Positions 12,745-25,870 of a DNA stretch of 64,000 nucleotides are shown here, piece after piece (positions within the stretch are counted from its first letter, which is position 1; each line of letters opens with the position of its first letter). The notes below the pieces were generated by a model. That model was not told where the DNA came from, searched no databases, and was given only the letters and a program-made list of their open reading frames with translations. The position numbers and the translations under genes were made by a program. Source of the DNA: Lama guanicoe (lineage: Eukaryota); assembly GCA_013239625.1 (NCBI GenBank), contig MU053810.1, forward strand, positions 4,558,071 through 4,622,070, in the 5' to 3' direction.

Positions 12745-12954
12745 GTACAAACATGCTGCCGTTTCACTCTGCAAAGCTCTGTTTTTCCTCCTTCTTGCAC
12801 TTTTCTTGAGATACAATTGGCTAGTAGCACTTTACCATTAAGGCGTACAGCATCATGATTTGACTTACATTCTTTGTGAAATCGTCAGAATAAATGTAGT
12901 GATGATCCGTCTGTCGTCTCATATAGATACAAAATTGAAGAAATAGAAAAAAAT

Positions 12955-13125
12955 ATTTTTTCCTTGTGATGAGAACTCTTAGGATTTCTTCTCTTAACAG
13001 CTTTCATATGTAACCTACCGCCGCGTTTGTGATTATTTCTCATGTACATTACATTCCTAGTAGATATTTATCTTATAACTGCAAGTTTGTACCTTTTGAC
13101 CACCTTCATCCAATTCCCCCTCCCC
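12955..13125 (-). mobile_element. L1 3'UTR fragment
   Basis: ttccttgtgatgagaactcttaggattt...tatcttataactgcaagtttgtaccttttgaccaccttcatccaattcccc. Confidence 0.75.
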
Positions 13126-16100
13126 CTGCAACACTCATTCTTTAATGAACATGAGGGAAAGCAAGGAGACGTTCAGCTTACAGGGAAAAACATAGTTGAG
13201 TGGACAGTGCCACTACTGTGTTGTCCCAGATCTCTTTTGGAACTTTGAGGGAAGGAGGCAGGTTGCAGAAAAGGCTTGACCTGAAGGCTCAGCCCTCTTT
13301 ACCAGCAACAGCCAGAGGGAGAGGAGAGACCCAGAGAGCATGCAGTTCTCCTAAAAGAGGGTCCCATATTCAGCCACAAATACAGCTAAAATGCAAGCCA
13401 TGCGGGAATGTCACTTGACTGAGTAAAGCAGAGGGCCAACTAATATACACTGAGTGCTTATGCTTAGCACGGTGGCGGAATGAATGAATGGATGGATGGA
13501 TGAATACACAAATGCATTTCCAGGCTAAAACAGAGCACAGAGGGATGGACTTGTGATAAACCCTTTCTCCTTAAGAAGCTGACATGAGGGTCTTGTTTTC
13601 TACTCTTTTATTTTTTTTTCTTTTTAATCACAGATGTTTTCCTTTTGCATGCTTGGCTTTCTGCTGTCACCAGCTACCTGTTTTCTCAGGTTATCTTGAC
13701 AGCCACACAGATATCACCCAACTGTGGCTTGGGATGTTTTTGTTTCTTGTCTGTGAGCAGTTCCTTTTTAGCAGACATCGCAGGTTTAGGGTCACAGGAG
13801 ATGGGAGGCTGGCCTCTTCTGTAGCCCCCACAGGCATGCTATCAGATGGGCCTTTGAGGATGGAGGGCACAGTAAAGGAGGCGGAGCACACTTAGGGATG
13901 CGCGTGGCCCAGGAGGAGGGCAGACTGTTACGGTTTCGATGCTCCAGGTAGAGAGACAAGCTCAGTGTTTTCCATCTGCTCTCTTTTCAGTCATTACTTA
14001 CAAAAGTGATGGCTAATAACTCAGCTTTTGATCGTCTTTGGAAATGGAGACTGGCAGCCGCCTGAATCATTGAAATCCATATTTTATCCTCACTCTCATT
14101 TTCTCCCTTAGTTGGAACCTTCTCTGCTTTGAAATCTTTTGTCAGAGTGCCTAGAAGTGTGACATAGGCCTTCTGAACTGTGTATTGAAAAGTTCACGTT
14201 GCCAAGAGGCAGTAGGCCCCAAAGAGGAGAAAACAAACAGGAATCTGGGTTGATGTGGAGATGGGCAGACTACTCTTTCAGTAATTAAGAAAAGGATGGC
14301 CAACCTCATTTCAAGCATGTATAGAAAATACAACTGTTCTCTTTTATTTCTACTTATCTACATTTATGTATTCATTTTACCCCCCCCAATTTTATTGAGA
14401 TATAATTGATATATAACAAAAATACCCCTGTATCTGTTAGTGATGCTGGTCACTGTTTGTTTAATTAATGGAATTTGTGCCTCTTTCCGTGTCATAATGT
14501 GTGAGGCACTGCACTTTACCCAGCACAGTTCAGATTGAGGAAACTCAGGCTAGTTACGATTAAACAGTTTGCTAAGGGAAAGTTGGAATTTTAATCCAGT
14601 TAAGCCTGAATCCTTGTTTGTTCCACTGGTCCATAAGTTGAAGATCATTGTCTACAGAGCATCATCTGGTCTGTACGTGGGATGTTGGGGACATGGTGAG
14701 GGCATGTGTGTGTGACTACAGGGCAGAGTCCTGAGTGAAAGGGGCTAGAAAGTTCATTATGTGTTGAATGAGGAAGCTGAATATATATATATTTTTAAGG
14801 TAAAAATGTATTATTTTACTGGGAAATATAGAAATGAAGTCTGCCAGAAATGGTATATTTTCCATTTTAAAAGATTTCGGTGATGATTGTTACTGTAATT
14901 ATTTGTGAGGTCATAATTATTGTGATGGCTTTGGATGAAACTTTTACATGGGGAGCCTAAACATGACCAGAAGGTTGTAAATGGTGATGGTGTCAGAAGA
15001 CAGGGAATAATGAATGTGGCTTAGTGACCTCAAGCTCCAATGTCCTGTCACTCATGTCTCCGCCATAATGTCGTCTGGCCACGGCTGGTCAGCGGCCCCT
15101 TTGCTGGGTAATTTGAAATGAATTCTTGTGTGTCCCAAGCTGGCCATCTAGAAGGGGAAGAATTTGGATGCATGGATCTGTGTATACGTTTTTCATTCCA
15201 TTGCTGCGTTGGCTGACGAACTCTACTCGGCACGGTAAACATCGGAAGATGAGCTGAGGTGATGGTTTAGGAAATGCCTACTGACAGCATTTCACCTTTT
15301 ATGTCTTTTTCATTTTTTTCTCCTCTTTCCTCTTCTCTTCTCTGCGACACCCTTGCTTCCTCCCTGACCGCCTGGCCACGGATTATTCCAGGCTTCCTTT
15401 GCAGGAAGGTCACGTGAGCAGCCATCAGGGAGAATGCAGATAACACAAGCCTGATGCACGTTCCAGATATGGGGATTCTGAGCACCACACACTCTTCTGG
15501 TGGCTGTTTTCCTGCCTGCTTCCTCGAGAAAGGGGCCTTAGGAAGAGGAGTTCCAATGAGAGAAATCAAGATGAACGTGATGCAGATGCTGTACCCAGCA
15601 CTTTGCACAAAACGTCTTGGTGCTGAGGAAATCCAGGTTCTAATTCCTTGGTATCAAACATCAGGAGAATTAGAGCATGCGTTATGTATTGAAATGTGAA
15701 TTCAAACGCTTGAAAGATTCATGGTTGAAAACTTAAATTTGAGTCTTTGAAAATAAGTTGATCACGAATTTTCTTCAGTCTAAATTACTGAGAAGCAGTA
15801 AGGTTTTCTTACCTCTCTTCTACCATCTTCAAAAAATGCTGATGGCCACCATTGCAGCAGAGTGCTTGTCTGCATAGTGGTAGATGTCATCTTCGCTGAC
15901 TCCCCAAAACACTTGTGCGGGGCAGCCAGGCTGTACAGCTACACCGTCTGGCGGCTAAAGGCTTGGCCCTAGGGTGAGGCAGCACTGGGTTGGAATCCAG
16001 CCCCCACCATATGCTCCTTGTATGGTTTGCGGCTAGTAACTTTGTCTTTTTGTTTCGATTACCTCATTTGTCAGGGGCAGATAATACCTCTAGCAAAAGA

Positions 16101-17386
16101 ATTGGGAAAGAAAATGGTGAATCATCTTCCTGTTTCAGTGGCATCTCTTAGTATTAACAGGATTCTGATTTCTGATTCCAGAGGCTCTTATTTTCAAATT
16201 AGTATTTAACATCATTTCACTTTTTTTAATCGATGCACATTTGAGTACCTGGAGAAGTTAATTTTTCCTGTTGTCGGAGCACAGTTTTATTATATTCCTG
16301 AAACTTACTTGTGTTTTTCCTTCATGAAAAGCTTAAAATTTGGATTTCTTTCACTTCTTCATCACATGCATATTAATTTGGCACCTACCCTGGAAAAGGC
16401 ATTGTGAGAAATACACACAGTGAGGCGTGGTCCCTGCCTTCAAGTCAGTAAAAGAAATAAGATGTTTGTGTACAGAGACTAGTCCTTCAAATCCAGCCTA
16501 AAAGTCACACCTTCTGAGTTGGTCATAGCATCCTGCAGTACCTGCATTCTGGCGGGTAATCATGCTTTTATTGTACTTTTCCTTTATATTGCAAACTGAG
16601 TCAGCAGATCCCGTGACCATGATTTGATGGAAACTGGAGTGAAGTGGGAGGCACTGGGTGAGAAACTAAAGGTCTGAATGGAGGGGAAAAAAAGGAGTGG
16701 ACTTTACATTTGCAGGCCTACTTTCTGTCATGTCACAGCAAGGCATAAGCTGGCCACAGGCTCCTTCAGGAAGCAGCAAACCTCCACAGAAGTACAGTTA
16801 AAGACATTCCACTACACTGACTTTTTATTAAAATGTAAAACAATTGTAATATGCAAGATGACTGAGAAAGAGTTCCCTTTAGTTTTGAGTCAGTGATTCA
16901 TAGAGTAATTTTAACTGTGAAAAAATGCTTTAAAATACTTATCAATGTCAAGTGAATTAAATCTGAATTATAAAATTAAAGTTGAATCACTCTTATATTA
17001 GTACTCATGGTAATGTGATAATTCAAAGAATAATAGGATCAATTTAAAATTTTTTAAATTGAACAATACAATCTAAGAGTATTCTGAGAGTGTAGTACAA
17101 TACTTAAATCACAATATTTTCTTTTCCACCTAGTAGTCTTGATTTATACCAATTGGTCTTAAAAATAAAATGATTCTCTAGTGAGAATTGTCCTGAAAGA
17201 TCAATTTAGTGATAGTAATGATGGAAAACTGAAATATTAAAAGGGAGTAACAAATGCGGCCTTCCTTCCAGAAATCTACAAAACAAACTGCTATATGGGA
17301 AGTAGAGGAAACACATAAAATGTATACATCCAAACAGTAATTCACAGCGAAGTGGATTAGAGCACATTACAGATCAGTAAATTCAC

Positions 17387-17678
17387 CTGTAAAAACTGGT
17401 TGACTTCTTTTAATTTTTCTACTACATCCTGTCTTGCTAGCTCTATAGTCTCCCATTTGTACTGCTCTACTTGACTGCATTCCACTGTATTAATTTCTAG
17501 GTTACATTTGAGGTTTACTAATTCTTCTGCCAGCTTCTTTTTCTCCTCCTCTAGTTTTTCACATTTCTTTCGCACTACATTTGTAGATAATAACTCCTGT
17601 TGACAAAGTTGTTTTTTCTGCCTCGAGATGGAGAAATTTTGAAAATGCAGATTCCAGTTTTGCTGTAAGATCAGCATT
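17387..17678 (-). pseudogene. Isolated ANKRD26/CCDC144-family coiled-coil exon copy, frameshifted
   Basis: Two frames join to give NADLTAKLESAFSKFLHLEAEK / KQLCQQELLSTNVVRKKCEKLEEEKKKLAEELVNLKCNLEINTVECSQVEQYKWETIELARQDVVEKLKEVNQFLQ. This resembles recalled ANKRD26 sequence (IDDLTAELETAGSKCLHL...ARQEIAEKLKEVNLFLQ). Bounded by AG and CAG|GTGAAT on the minus strand; 292 nt. Confidence 0.8.
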
Positions 17679-18584
17679 CTGCATGAGGAAGATGAAATTG
17701 TTTGGTAATGAGGTTAGTAGACTGAGAACAGCCTCTCCCATCTAGGGGAGGCTTTTGGAAGGCAAGAACCTTGTCTAGATCACCTCGTAAAGCCAGTATT
17801 TATAGGAGTACACAACCTAAATGAGGCACGATCACTTTCTGCTGCGTGAATAAGTGAACAAGCTAATGTTTCTAATACTGTTAGAATGTGATAGGTACTG
17901 TTTGTTTGGTACAGGTGGAGGGGGCGGGGAATCCAAGGATTAAGAGATTGAGTTAGGCAGTCAGACAGGATTGAAGCTAAGGAGCTAAGGAAGGAAGGCT
18001 AAGTCATTTCTCTCAAGTCAAAAGCACAGGTCTGTGGTCTTCCCATTCATTTCTGACCTTGAGCTTTGCTCCCTCTGCCTTTAATTTTTCTCAAGTTTTG
18101 ATAGCAAATTAGGTAGGTCACACTTGGGTCAAGCAGTAGAGACGTCCTCTTGCCATTTCTTTAAAAAGAGAAATCTTACCCAACTCCAGAGCATATGAGA
18201 TAACCATAGAAAGAAGATTTCTGTATATATTTTATATTGAAAGAAAGTTACTTTTTTGAAACAGCTCTGAGTTTGGAAAAGTCTGCAGGTCTGCCAGTTC
18301 TCACGGTCATGGTCACTGTGTCACTGTGCAATTTGGAAAAGCTCTTCTTTTAATGTCTTCACTAGTGAAGAAACAGATGTCCAACAGGCCTCTCACCTGC
18401 AGAAACCAGCTGCCCACTCCTGGTCTCAGAAACTTTCTGAAAACATTTTTTCAGTCTTTTCCCAGTTATCCACAGAATTTCTATTTAACTAACTAGGTAC
18501 AGAGAACCTGTTTTGTGGTTAAAATTAATTTTAATGTGTTTTATTATATCTAATGTGGTCAAATCTTTGGCAGAAAGAGGAACA

Positions 18585-18934
18585 CAGTCGGCCTTCCGTA
18601 TCTGCAGGTTTCGCATCCTTGGATTCAACTGACCACAGATAGAAAATACTGGAAAAGAAAAGTTTCAGAAAGTTCCAAAAAGCAAGATTTAAATTTGCTA
18701 CACTCTGACAACTATTTATGTATCATTTCCATTGCATTTACAGCTAATTTATATAGTGTTTCTATTGTATTAGGTGTTATAAGTGATCTAGAAATGATTT
18801 AGAGTCTGTGGAAGGATGTGTGTAGGTTATATGCAAATCCTATGCCCTTTTGTGTAAGGGACTTGAGCATCCTTGGATTTTGGTATCTAAGGCGGGTCCT
18901 GGAACCAGTCCCCCGTGGCTACCTGGGATAACTG
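18585..18934. mobile_element. MER2-like Tigger DNA transposon
   Basis: Starts cagtcggccttccgtatc; internal gggacttgagcatccttggattttggtatc...gtcctggaaccagtcccc; ends ...gataactg followed by TA; about 350 bp. Confidence 0.85.
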
Positions 18935-19440
18935 TACATTTTAACTTAGCAGTTTGATGAGTTCTTCCACTGCTACAAAGTTGAGAGAGCTGTAAAGGTT
19001 ATTTCCCTTTAACACGAACATTGTGGAGGGTTAGAATAAAGGAGATAAGAACATGAACCATGGGACTATCTGAAATGGGGTCAGGGAGGCATCTTGTCCG
19101 TGGTCGTGCTGTCGGAGTGCCCGCATGCCTCCGTCGCGCCTCTTTTGTGTCCATTTGGAAAGAGCACTAGGGCTGTTTTCTCCGTGCCTGGTGAGGTTGG
19201 CACCACTCACCGTTGTCCGCTCTAGTCCGGTGTACCTGGTGCCACATGGAACTATGCTGCCAGCTGTGAAAATGAAAACAAGGAAAGTACCTGTCTGTCT
19301 GTTTACTCATAAACATCTCAAGGTCTAGTTCATTCTAGTCTTTTTTTTTTTAACCTCTAAAGCACTTTATTCATTGGGGAAGAGCTGTACCCTGGAACTT
19401 GGAATTGGAAGCTTTGGTTCAAGCTCAGCATTATCCATTC

Positions 19441-20131
19441 CTCCACTATGGAAAACAGTTTGGAGATTCCTTAATACACTAAAAATAGAGTTACCCTATG
19501 ATTCAGCAATCCCACTCCTGGGCATATATCCAGAAAAAAATGAAACCTCTAATTTGAAAAGATATATATTCATAACAGCACTGTTTGCAATAGCCAAGAC
19601 ATGAAAACAACCCAGGTGCCCATCAACAGACAATTGGTTTAAGAAGATATGGGGGGTGTGTGTGTGTGTGTGTATGTATGTGTATACACACACCCCCATG
19701 GAATATTACTCAGCCATTAAAAAGAATGAAATGCCTTTTGAAGCAACATGGATGGACCTAGAGATTATCATACTAAGTGAAGTAAGTCAGATAGAAAAAG
19801 GCAAATATATGAAACCATTTACATGTGGAATCTAAAAGATAATACAAACAAATCTATATACAAAACAGAAACAGACTCACAGATGTAGAAAACAAGCTGA
19901 ATGGTTACTAAAGAGGAAAGGGAGTTGGGGGAGGGATAAATTAGGAGTAGGGGATTAACAGATACAAACTACTATATATAAAACAGATAAAGAAAAAGGA
20001 TTTACTGAATATTACAGGGAACTGTATTGAGTATCTTATAGTAACCTATAATGGAAAATAATCTGAAAATATATAACTGAATCACTGTTGTACACCTGAA
20101 ACACAATATTATAAATCAACTATACTTCAAT
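19441..20131 (+). mobile_element. 5'-truncated LINE-1 (end of ORF2 plus 3'UTR)
   Basis: Peptide PLWKTVWRFLNTLKIELPYDSAIPLLGIYP...ITALFAIAKT; 3'UTR ends aaatcaactatacttcaat. Similar to the L1 at 3953-4899. Confidence 0.9.
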
Positions 20132-20899
20132 TTTTAAACAATGTCCATTTGTTTGACTAACATCTCCTTTTCAGATAATATATAGTTGATTTTGTCAAGA
20201 GTCGTGGAAAATTACACAGGTAAAGACAGAAGACAAGAGAGGTCTTAACTGCATTTGAATCCAAAGAGCAGGTCTTAAGCAAGCGCTACTTTAAGTTGGT
20301 GAGATGAAGGCATTCTTACTCCTGTTCCTTCATAACTCACTGAAAACAATTCAGGCTGTTAACAATGGAAAGAGAAAGTTGGGGAAAAAACTCCGACTTG
20401 CAAGAAACAGGGAAAGGATCAGGAAGTGTGGAATGTTTTTGTGGAAACCCAGTGTTCACAGAATGTAGAAAGTGAAATAGTTTTTCATTTTTATTATTTA
20501 AAGAAAATATGCTGCCAGCAGTTTGTATGATCTTGACCTTACCTTCCGTAGACCAAGCTTTTGGATGAAAAGCAGAGTTCCTGGATGAGAGGAGGCAGTG
20601 TTACCAGATCAGAACACTCCCAGACACAGAAAGCCTGGGATTTAAAGGGCCGTGTGCTGTGTGTTTCATGGACACTCAGTGCCATGGGATTGAAGAGTGA
20701 GGGTAACCTGATTTTAGCGCAAAGAAGTAACATGCTGTTGTGGCGAGGGCATTTGATGTCACAGATCAGAGACGGGGGTGCAGGCTGCCCCTGCTGACTT
20801 CTCCCTTTTGCCTGCTACCTGTCAGGAGCTGGCCGGCCCCATTCCAGTGGGAGTTATTATTTAAAAAGGAGTCAATAGAAGTGGTAGACCTTAAAACTG

Positions 20900-21210
20900 G
20901 TGTTAATCAGGGTGATCTTGATTATGCTGCATAACAAGTAAACCCTGTAGGTTTTTTTGTGATACGACACAAAAGCACTTCATTTTTCACACACATAAAG
21001 TCTTTTATTTGGGCAACTCTCCGGAGAAGGTGTCCTTGCAAATAACTTAGTGATTCAGGCTATGCCCATCATGTGATGATAACATCTTAACACATGGATT
21101 CCAAGTCATCACGAAAAGGAAAGAAAGAGCTAATGGTTTTGCACAGACTCTTAAATACATTGGCTCAGAAGTGGCTTATGTCACTTTCCTCCCCCAGAGC
21201 ATCTTGGTTC
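20900..21210 (-). mobile_element. MLT1-type LTR fragment
   Basis: tgttaatcagg...attatgctgcataacaa; cagaagtggcttatgtcactttc. Degenerate. Confidence 0.45.
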
Positions 21211-21419
21211 TAGCACCGACGGGGATGTTGGGTTTATCCAGATTTGGGCTGTGAAATCTAGTTTAAGAAAGAAATCCCCCTGTTTTCTTATATCAGCTTT
21301 CCCAACTGTAATGAATGGTTTTACCAGCTTTGTTGTAGATAGCACTTTATACCTATCTGTACAATAGCCTCAGTCAACATCTATGTGTAATATAAATCTG
21401 TGTGTAAGGACATCATCTT

Positions 21420-21585
21420 TTTAATTGAAGTAGAGTTGATATACAATATTTTACAAGTTACAGATGCACAATATAGTGATTCACAATTTTTAAAGGTTGT
21501 ACTCCTTTTATAGTTACTATAAAACGTTAGTTTTATTCCCTGTTAGCTTATTTTATACATAATGGCTTGTACCTCTCAATCCCCA
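21420..21585 (-). mobile_element. L1 3'-end fragment
   Basis: ttaattgaagtagagttgatatacaatatt...tagtgattcacaatttttaaagg. Confidence 0.75.
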
Positions 21586-21614
21586 TGAAGTGGCAACTTT
21601 TGGCTTATTTTTGA

Positions 21615-21697
21615 TGAATTTAATTGTATCCTAGCAGACTTGGATCACACTGGATCACACCTCATGCTGTGAATCTCAGGGTAGTAGTTTATACCTT
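21615..21697 (+). repeat. 83-bp segment duplicated at 24789-24872 (direct repeat)
   Basis: Hand alignment of the two copies shows 5 substitutions and 1 indel over 84 columns. Contains a tandem TGGATCACAC x2. Confidence 0.95.
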
Positions 21698-24600
21698 GAG
21701 GAATAGATGTACTCTCTCCATCCTGTATGAAAAACTCCAAATTAATCAGGTTTTTTGTGTATCACATTTGTCTCAACCCTGATCAACCTAGATATGTGAA
21801 AGTGTTTGAAATTCATAAATATGCATCAATATTCGTGGGTAGATGTATTAACAAAGTCTGGAAGTAAGGCTAATTGGAACTAAAGATACACTAAGACCAT
21901 AGACCATTCAGTTAGTGGAAGCCTTAGGCCCCGGTGAAGGTCTGGTAAAAGGCTAACATTGTCGAGGGGTAGGTTTTAAACAATTATAGATGTTTTCTAA
22001 ATTAATGCACAAATGGAAAGCTTATAAGTTAGTAAAGGAAATAGACCCCCAGCTGAGAATTTCCTCTTTAGCACTGTTAATTTATTCTAATCCAAAATGG
22101 AAAATGATGGTGGAGTAGCCACAATTAGCAGCAGAAACGTATTTAGCTGTTTGAACCAATGACTTTGAGTGGAGGTTCACAGACTAATTTCTTACCTAAA
22201 CCTTAAGGGAAAAAGAAACAGCTTCTTGGCAGGTAAGAAATCTAATACAGTGTATGCAGAGCAAATAATATTTATACCAAGTCACAATAGGAAGAGGGAA
22301 GAAAGACCCTTACAGAGACTGCCGTGAACGTGGAGAATCTTAGATAAATGTCCAGCTTTTCTTTAGCACTGTTTTCTCAGCTACTGTCTGTAGTGGTGGA
22401 AACGTGGAGGAGACCCCCAAGGAGAACACATTAATGGCAGCTTCTAAAATAGTGACACTGTTGTTTTTTACACATATTAGTAGGGTCCATCCTCCCCAAA
22501 ACCCTGTGGAGTAGGCACTATGTATTTTTAAATTTCCTTAACAGAATGGGAGACGGAGGCACAGAGCAGCTGGATCTTGCCCAAAGAGACACAGCAAGCA
22601 AGTGGCACGACCGGGGTGGGGACCTTGCTTTTAACCTCCAATTATCCCATCTCCCCAAGGGGTGACAGAATCCAAAGATACTCTAACACATAGAAGATGT
22701 AAGGAAGGATTGGACTGGGGGATGCAGTTTGTCCAGTGTCAAGATGTAAGAAATTGAGTGTGTTCTTGGATCAGCTGGAATGCCACCTCATGATTAGATC
22801 AGCCTTTAGTACTTTGGGGGAGAAAAGGAATTTGGCACAAAAGGAGCAATGGCATCAGTAGTGGTGTGTCCCTGAGAAAGGTAAAAATTGAGAAAATGTT
22901 ACTGTCCCTGGAGCAACACCTCCAAATGAAAGGAGCATGTGTCCTAAGGGAATTTCACGTTGTATTTAGAGAATGTATGTTAGTGTCTGGGTGAGTGTGT
23001 GTTTAATGAACTAGCAAAGGCCTGTGAATAAAAAATGTGACAGGATGGAAAGAATCAGTATAAAAACAGTTTCTTGTTCTCAGAAATCCCGAATAATACT
23101 GGATATGTCAAAGAGAAATTAGAATGTGGTCAGAAACAATAGTCGTCTGAATGTGGGTGTGATGGAGAACAGTAGTAAAAAAAAAACAAAACAAGCAGAA
23201 AGAGCAGTCTGACACTCGACAGATGATGCTTCTCGAGGGACTAGATGAAGGAGCTGGCCTGGAAATAGTTCCCAGAAGGCTACTATTTCGAATTGTGACT
23301 TAGAAAATGGGAGAAGTAAGTGCATTTCAGCAGATTTGGAATAGTTCAGAGTAGGACGTGGTGGAGACTCAGTGAAAAAAAGACTAAATTCAAGGGGTTG
23401 CAGTTTTTAACTCACAAAATTGACTTCAAGTTGGCATTAATCATCCCAGGATACAGAAAAAGAGAAGAGGAATCCTGAATGGGGATCACTCATCACGCCT
23501 GGCTTTTGAGCCATTGTTAATTGGGTACTACCAACCCCCGCGCTAGCTTTCATTTTAATTAGTGTTGTGGAAGGGCAGGAGTGTTATATTAAGAAGAACT
23601 CTGCAAAAAAAAAAAAAAATTTAAAAAAAGATTCCAACAGAAAATCTGCTAAAGGGTGCCTGGAAGTAGGTGGAAAAGTTAGGGGGCCTCGAAAAGCAAA
23701 GTATAGCTATGCAGTGGCAGGAGATACCTGGAAAGTGATCATTAGGAAAACCTAGAGAAAATTGCCACTAAACTTGATGGAAATTTGAGTATTGAAGAAT
23801 CCAAAAAAGAGCGATGTGATTCAGTCCAGTGCATGGATGCAGAGCTTAGATTATAAATGTCAAAGTTGTCCTTCCGTCTCCTCACTCAGCAGGCTCCCTT
23901 TTTTTGCTGTTACTCATTCTTCCTCCTGCAGTGTTTTCTCGGATGAATTCAGTCAAAGGGTTATTTATCACGGTCCTACACTGTGAGCTTGGCATCTGGC
24001 AGTGTATAAATTGTAGAAAACACAATACCTGCCCTGCCAAGGGTACATCTCTTTAGCAGAAAGAGTACCAACTTTTGAGTCCAATAGGAATGAGTGTGTA
24101 TGTGCTGGGACACTCGGCATTGTCTTTTGCAGGCAAGTCAGTCCATTTCCCTGAGGCTCCTTTCTTAACCATAGAAATGAGACAGATAATAGTGCTGTGG
24201 TTCTGGTTAGATGAGATAATACATCACCACTTTTGCAGGTGTTGAATGCATGCCCAAATTCTTCTCATCAAGAAGAGCATTCCTGTGGGGAAGTGAAGGC
24301 CAGTACCATCAGGGCAGCAGGAGACCGTGCACGTCCTAAGTCCTAAATTGCAATGATCTATACCAGCGTTGGATAGGCATGTATTCTACAGAATCCTAGA
24401 AATCCTCAGGCTGTTAAGAACTGTTTGAAGAACAGGGAGAAAGTTTCTAATTTGGGGGACATTCTTGGTTAACCAAAGTTAAATGAATTTCTATACGCAG
24501 GACTGGTCAGACCTTTTGATATGCTAAAAGTCCGCTGTGGATGTCAGTTTGGAGATCTGGGAGTAGGAATTAAATATACAATGTTTCCCAGATCTGTTTG

Positions 24601-24742
24601 GCCACAGAATTATTGTTTTGGGGACTTTCGTTTTATGGGATATATTAGAAAATGGTGGAATGGAAGGTGAAAGCTTACATTCAGAGCAGTGGGAGATTTC
24701 AGAGAGGGAAGATTTCATACAGGAGATCAGAAGGTGAATGGA

Positions 24743-24957
24743 GGGGAGGGTATAGCTTAGCGGTAGAGTGTGTGTATGCACAAGGTCCTGAATTTAATTG
24801 TATCATAGCAGAACTTAGATCACACTGGATCACACCTCATGCCGTGAATCTCAGGGTATCAGTTTATACCTTAAGCACCTCTGTGAAAAACAAACAAATA
24901 AACCTAATTACCACCCCCCCCTAAAATTTTTTTTTTATTATTTAAAAAGAAAGTTGT
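24743..24957 (+). mobile_element. vic-1-like SINE with B-box replaced by an 84-bp local genomic insert
   Basis: ggggagggtatagcttagcggtagag...gcacaaggtcctg, [insert], aagcacctc...aaataaacctaattacc tail. Candidate TSD TGAATGGAG at 24735-24743 and 24958-24966. Confidence 0.85.
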
Positions 24958-25084
24958 TGAATGGAGTCTCATCGAATGATTGAGGGTTCCTGGAGACAGG
25001 AGACTTGTCCTCATCATCCATTCCCTTAATGCCCAGTACAGAGTAGGTATTCAGCAAATATCTATGGCAAAGATATTGACAGAT

Positions 25085-25645
25085 TATGATGTGCATGTAT
25101 CTTTTTGAATTGGAGTTTTGGTTTTTTTCCGAATGCACACACAGGAGTGATCATAGGGTAACTATTTTTAGTTTTTTAAGGAACCTCCATCCTGCTTTTC
25201 AGAGTGGCTGCACCAGTTTACATTCCCAGCAACAGTATCAGTGGTTGTACATTGTAGTTTTGCATTTCTCTAATAATTAGCACTGTGGAGCATTTTTTCA
25301 TGATCATCTTTGGAGAAATGTCTATTTAGGTCTTCTGCCCATTTTTTAATTGGGTTGTTTGTTTTTTTTGATATTGAGATGTGTGAACTGTTTGTATATT
25401 TTGGAAATAAAGCCCTTGTCAGACATATCATTTGCAAATATTTACTCTCAGTCTGTAGGTTGTCTTTCGTTTTGTTTATGATTTCCTTTGCTGTGTAAAA
25501 GCTTGTAAGTTTGATTAGGTCCCATTTGTTTATTTCCGCTTTTACTTCTTTTGCCTTGGGAGACTGAGCTAAGAAAATATTGCAGCAATTTATGTCAGAG
25601 AATGTTTTGCCTGTGTTCTCTTCTAGGAGTTTTATCGTTACCATG
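25085..25645 (-). mobile_element. L1 ORF2 C-terminal fragment
   Basis: Minus-strand peptide IKLLEENTGKTFSDIN...KWDLIKLTSFYTAKE...[20 protein letters not shown]. Confidence 0.92.
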
Positions 25646-25679
25646 TGAATTATAGGCAATTTTATTAAATTAGGGATAG

Positions 25680-25870
25680 TAGTCCCTAGTGGCCAAGCAC
25701 ACGGGTTTTGGATTCAAATCTTGGGTCTGCCTGAATTCAAATCGAGACTCCCTACACTGAATAGCTATCACTCAAATCCTAACCTCTCAGCTCACTTTCT
25801 CTTCCTGCAATATGGGGTATTAATCATTCTTGCATCATACTATTGTTATGAAGTTTAAATGAAGTAAGGA
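25680..25870 (+). mobile_element. MIR SINE
   Basis: tagtggccaagcacacggg...ctgcctgaattcaaatc...aacctctc...tgcaatatggggtattaat...ttgttatgaagtttaaatga. Confidence 0.65.

Noticed and set aside
12631..12858. 75-aa ORF MQTSEMD...
   Set aside because: It is the 3' part of exon 2 read through the donor into intron. The ATG may serve other isoforms, but this is not a separate gene.
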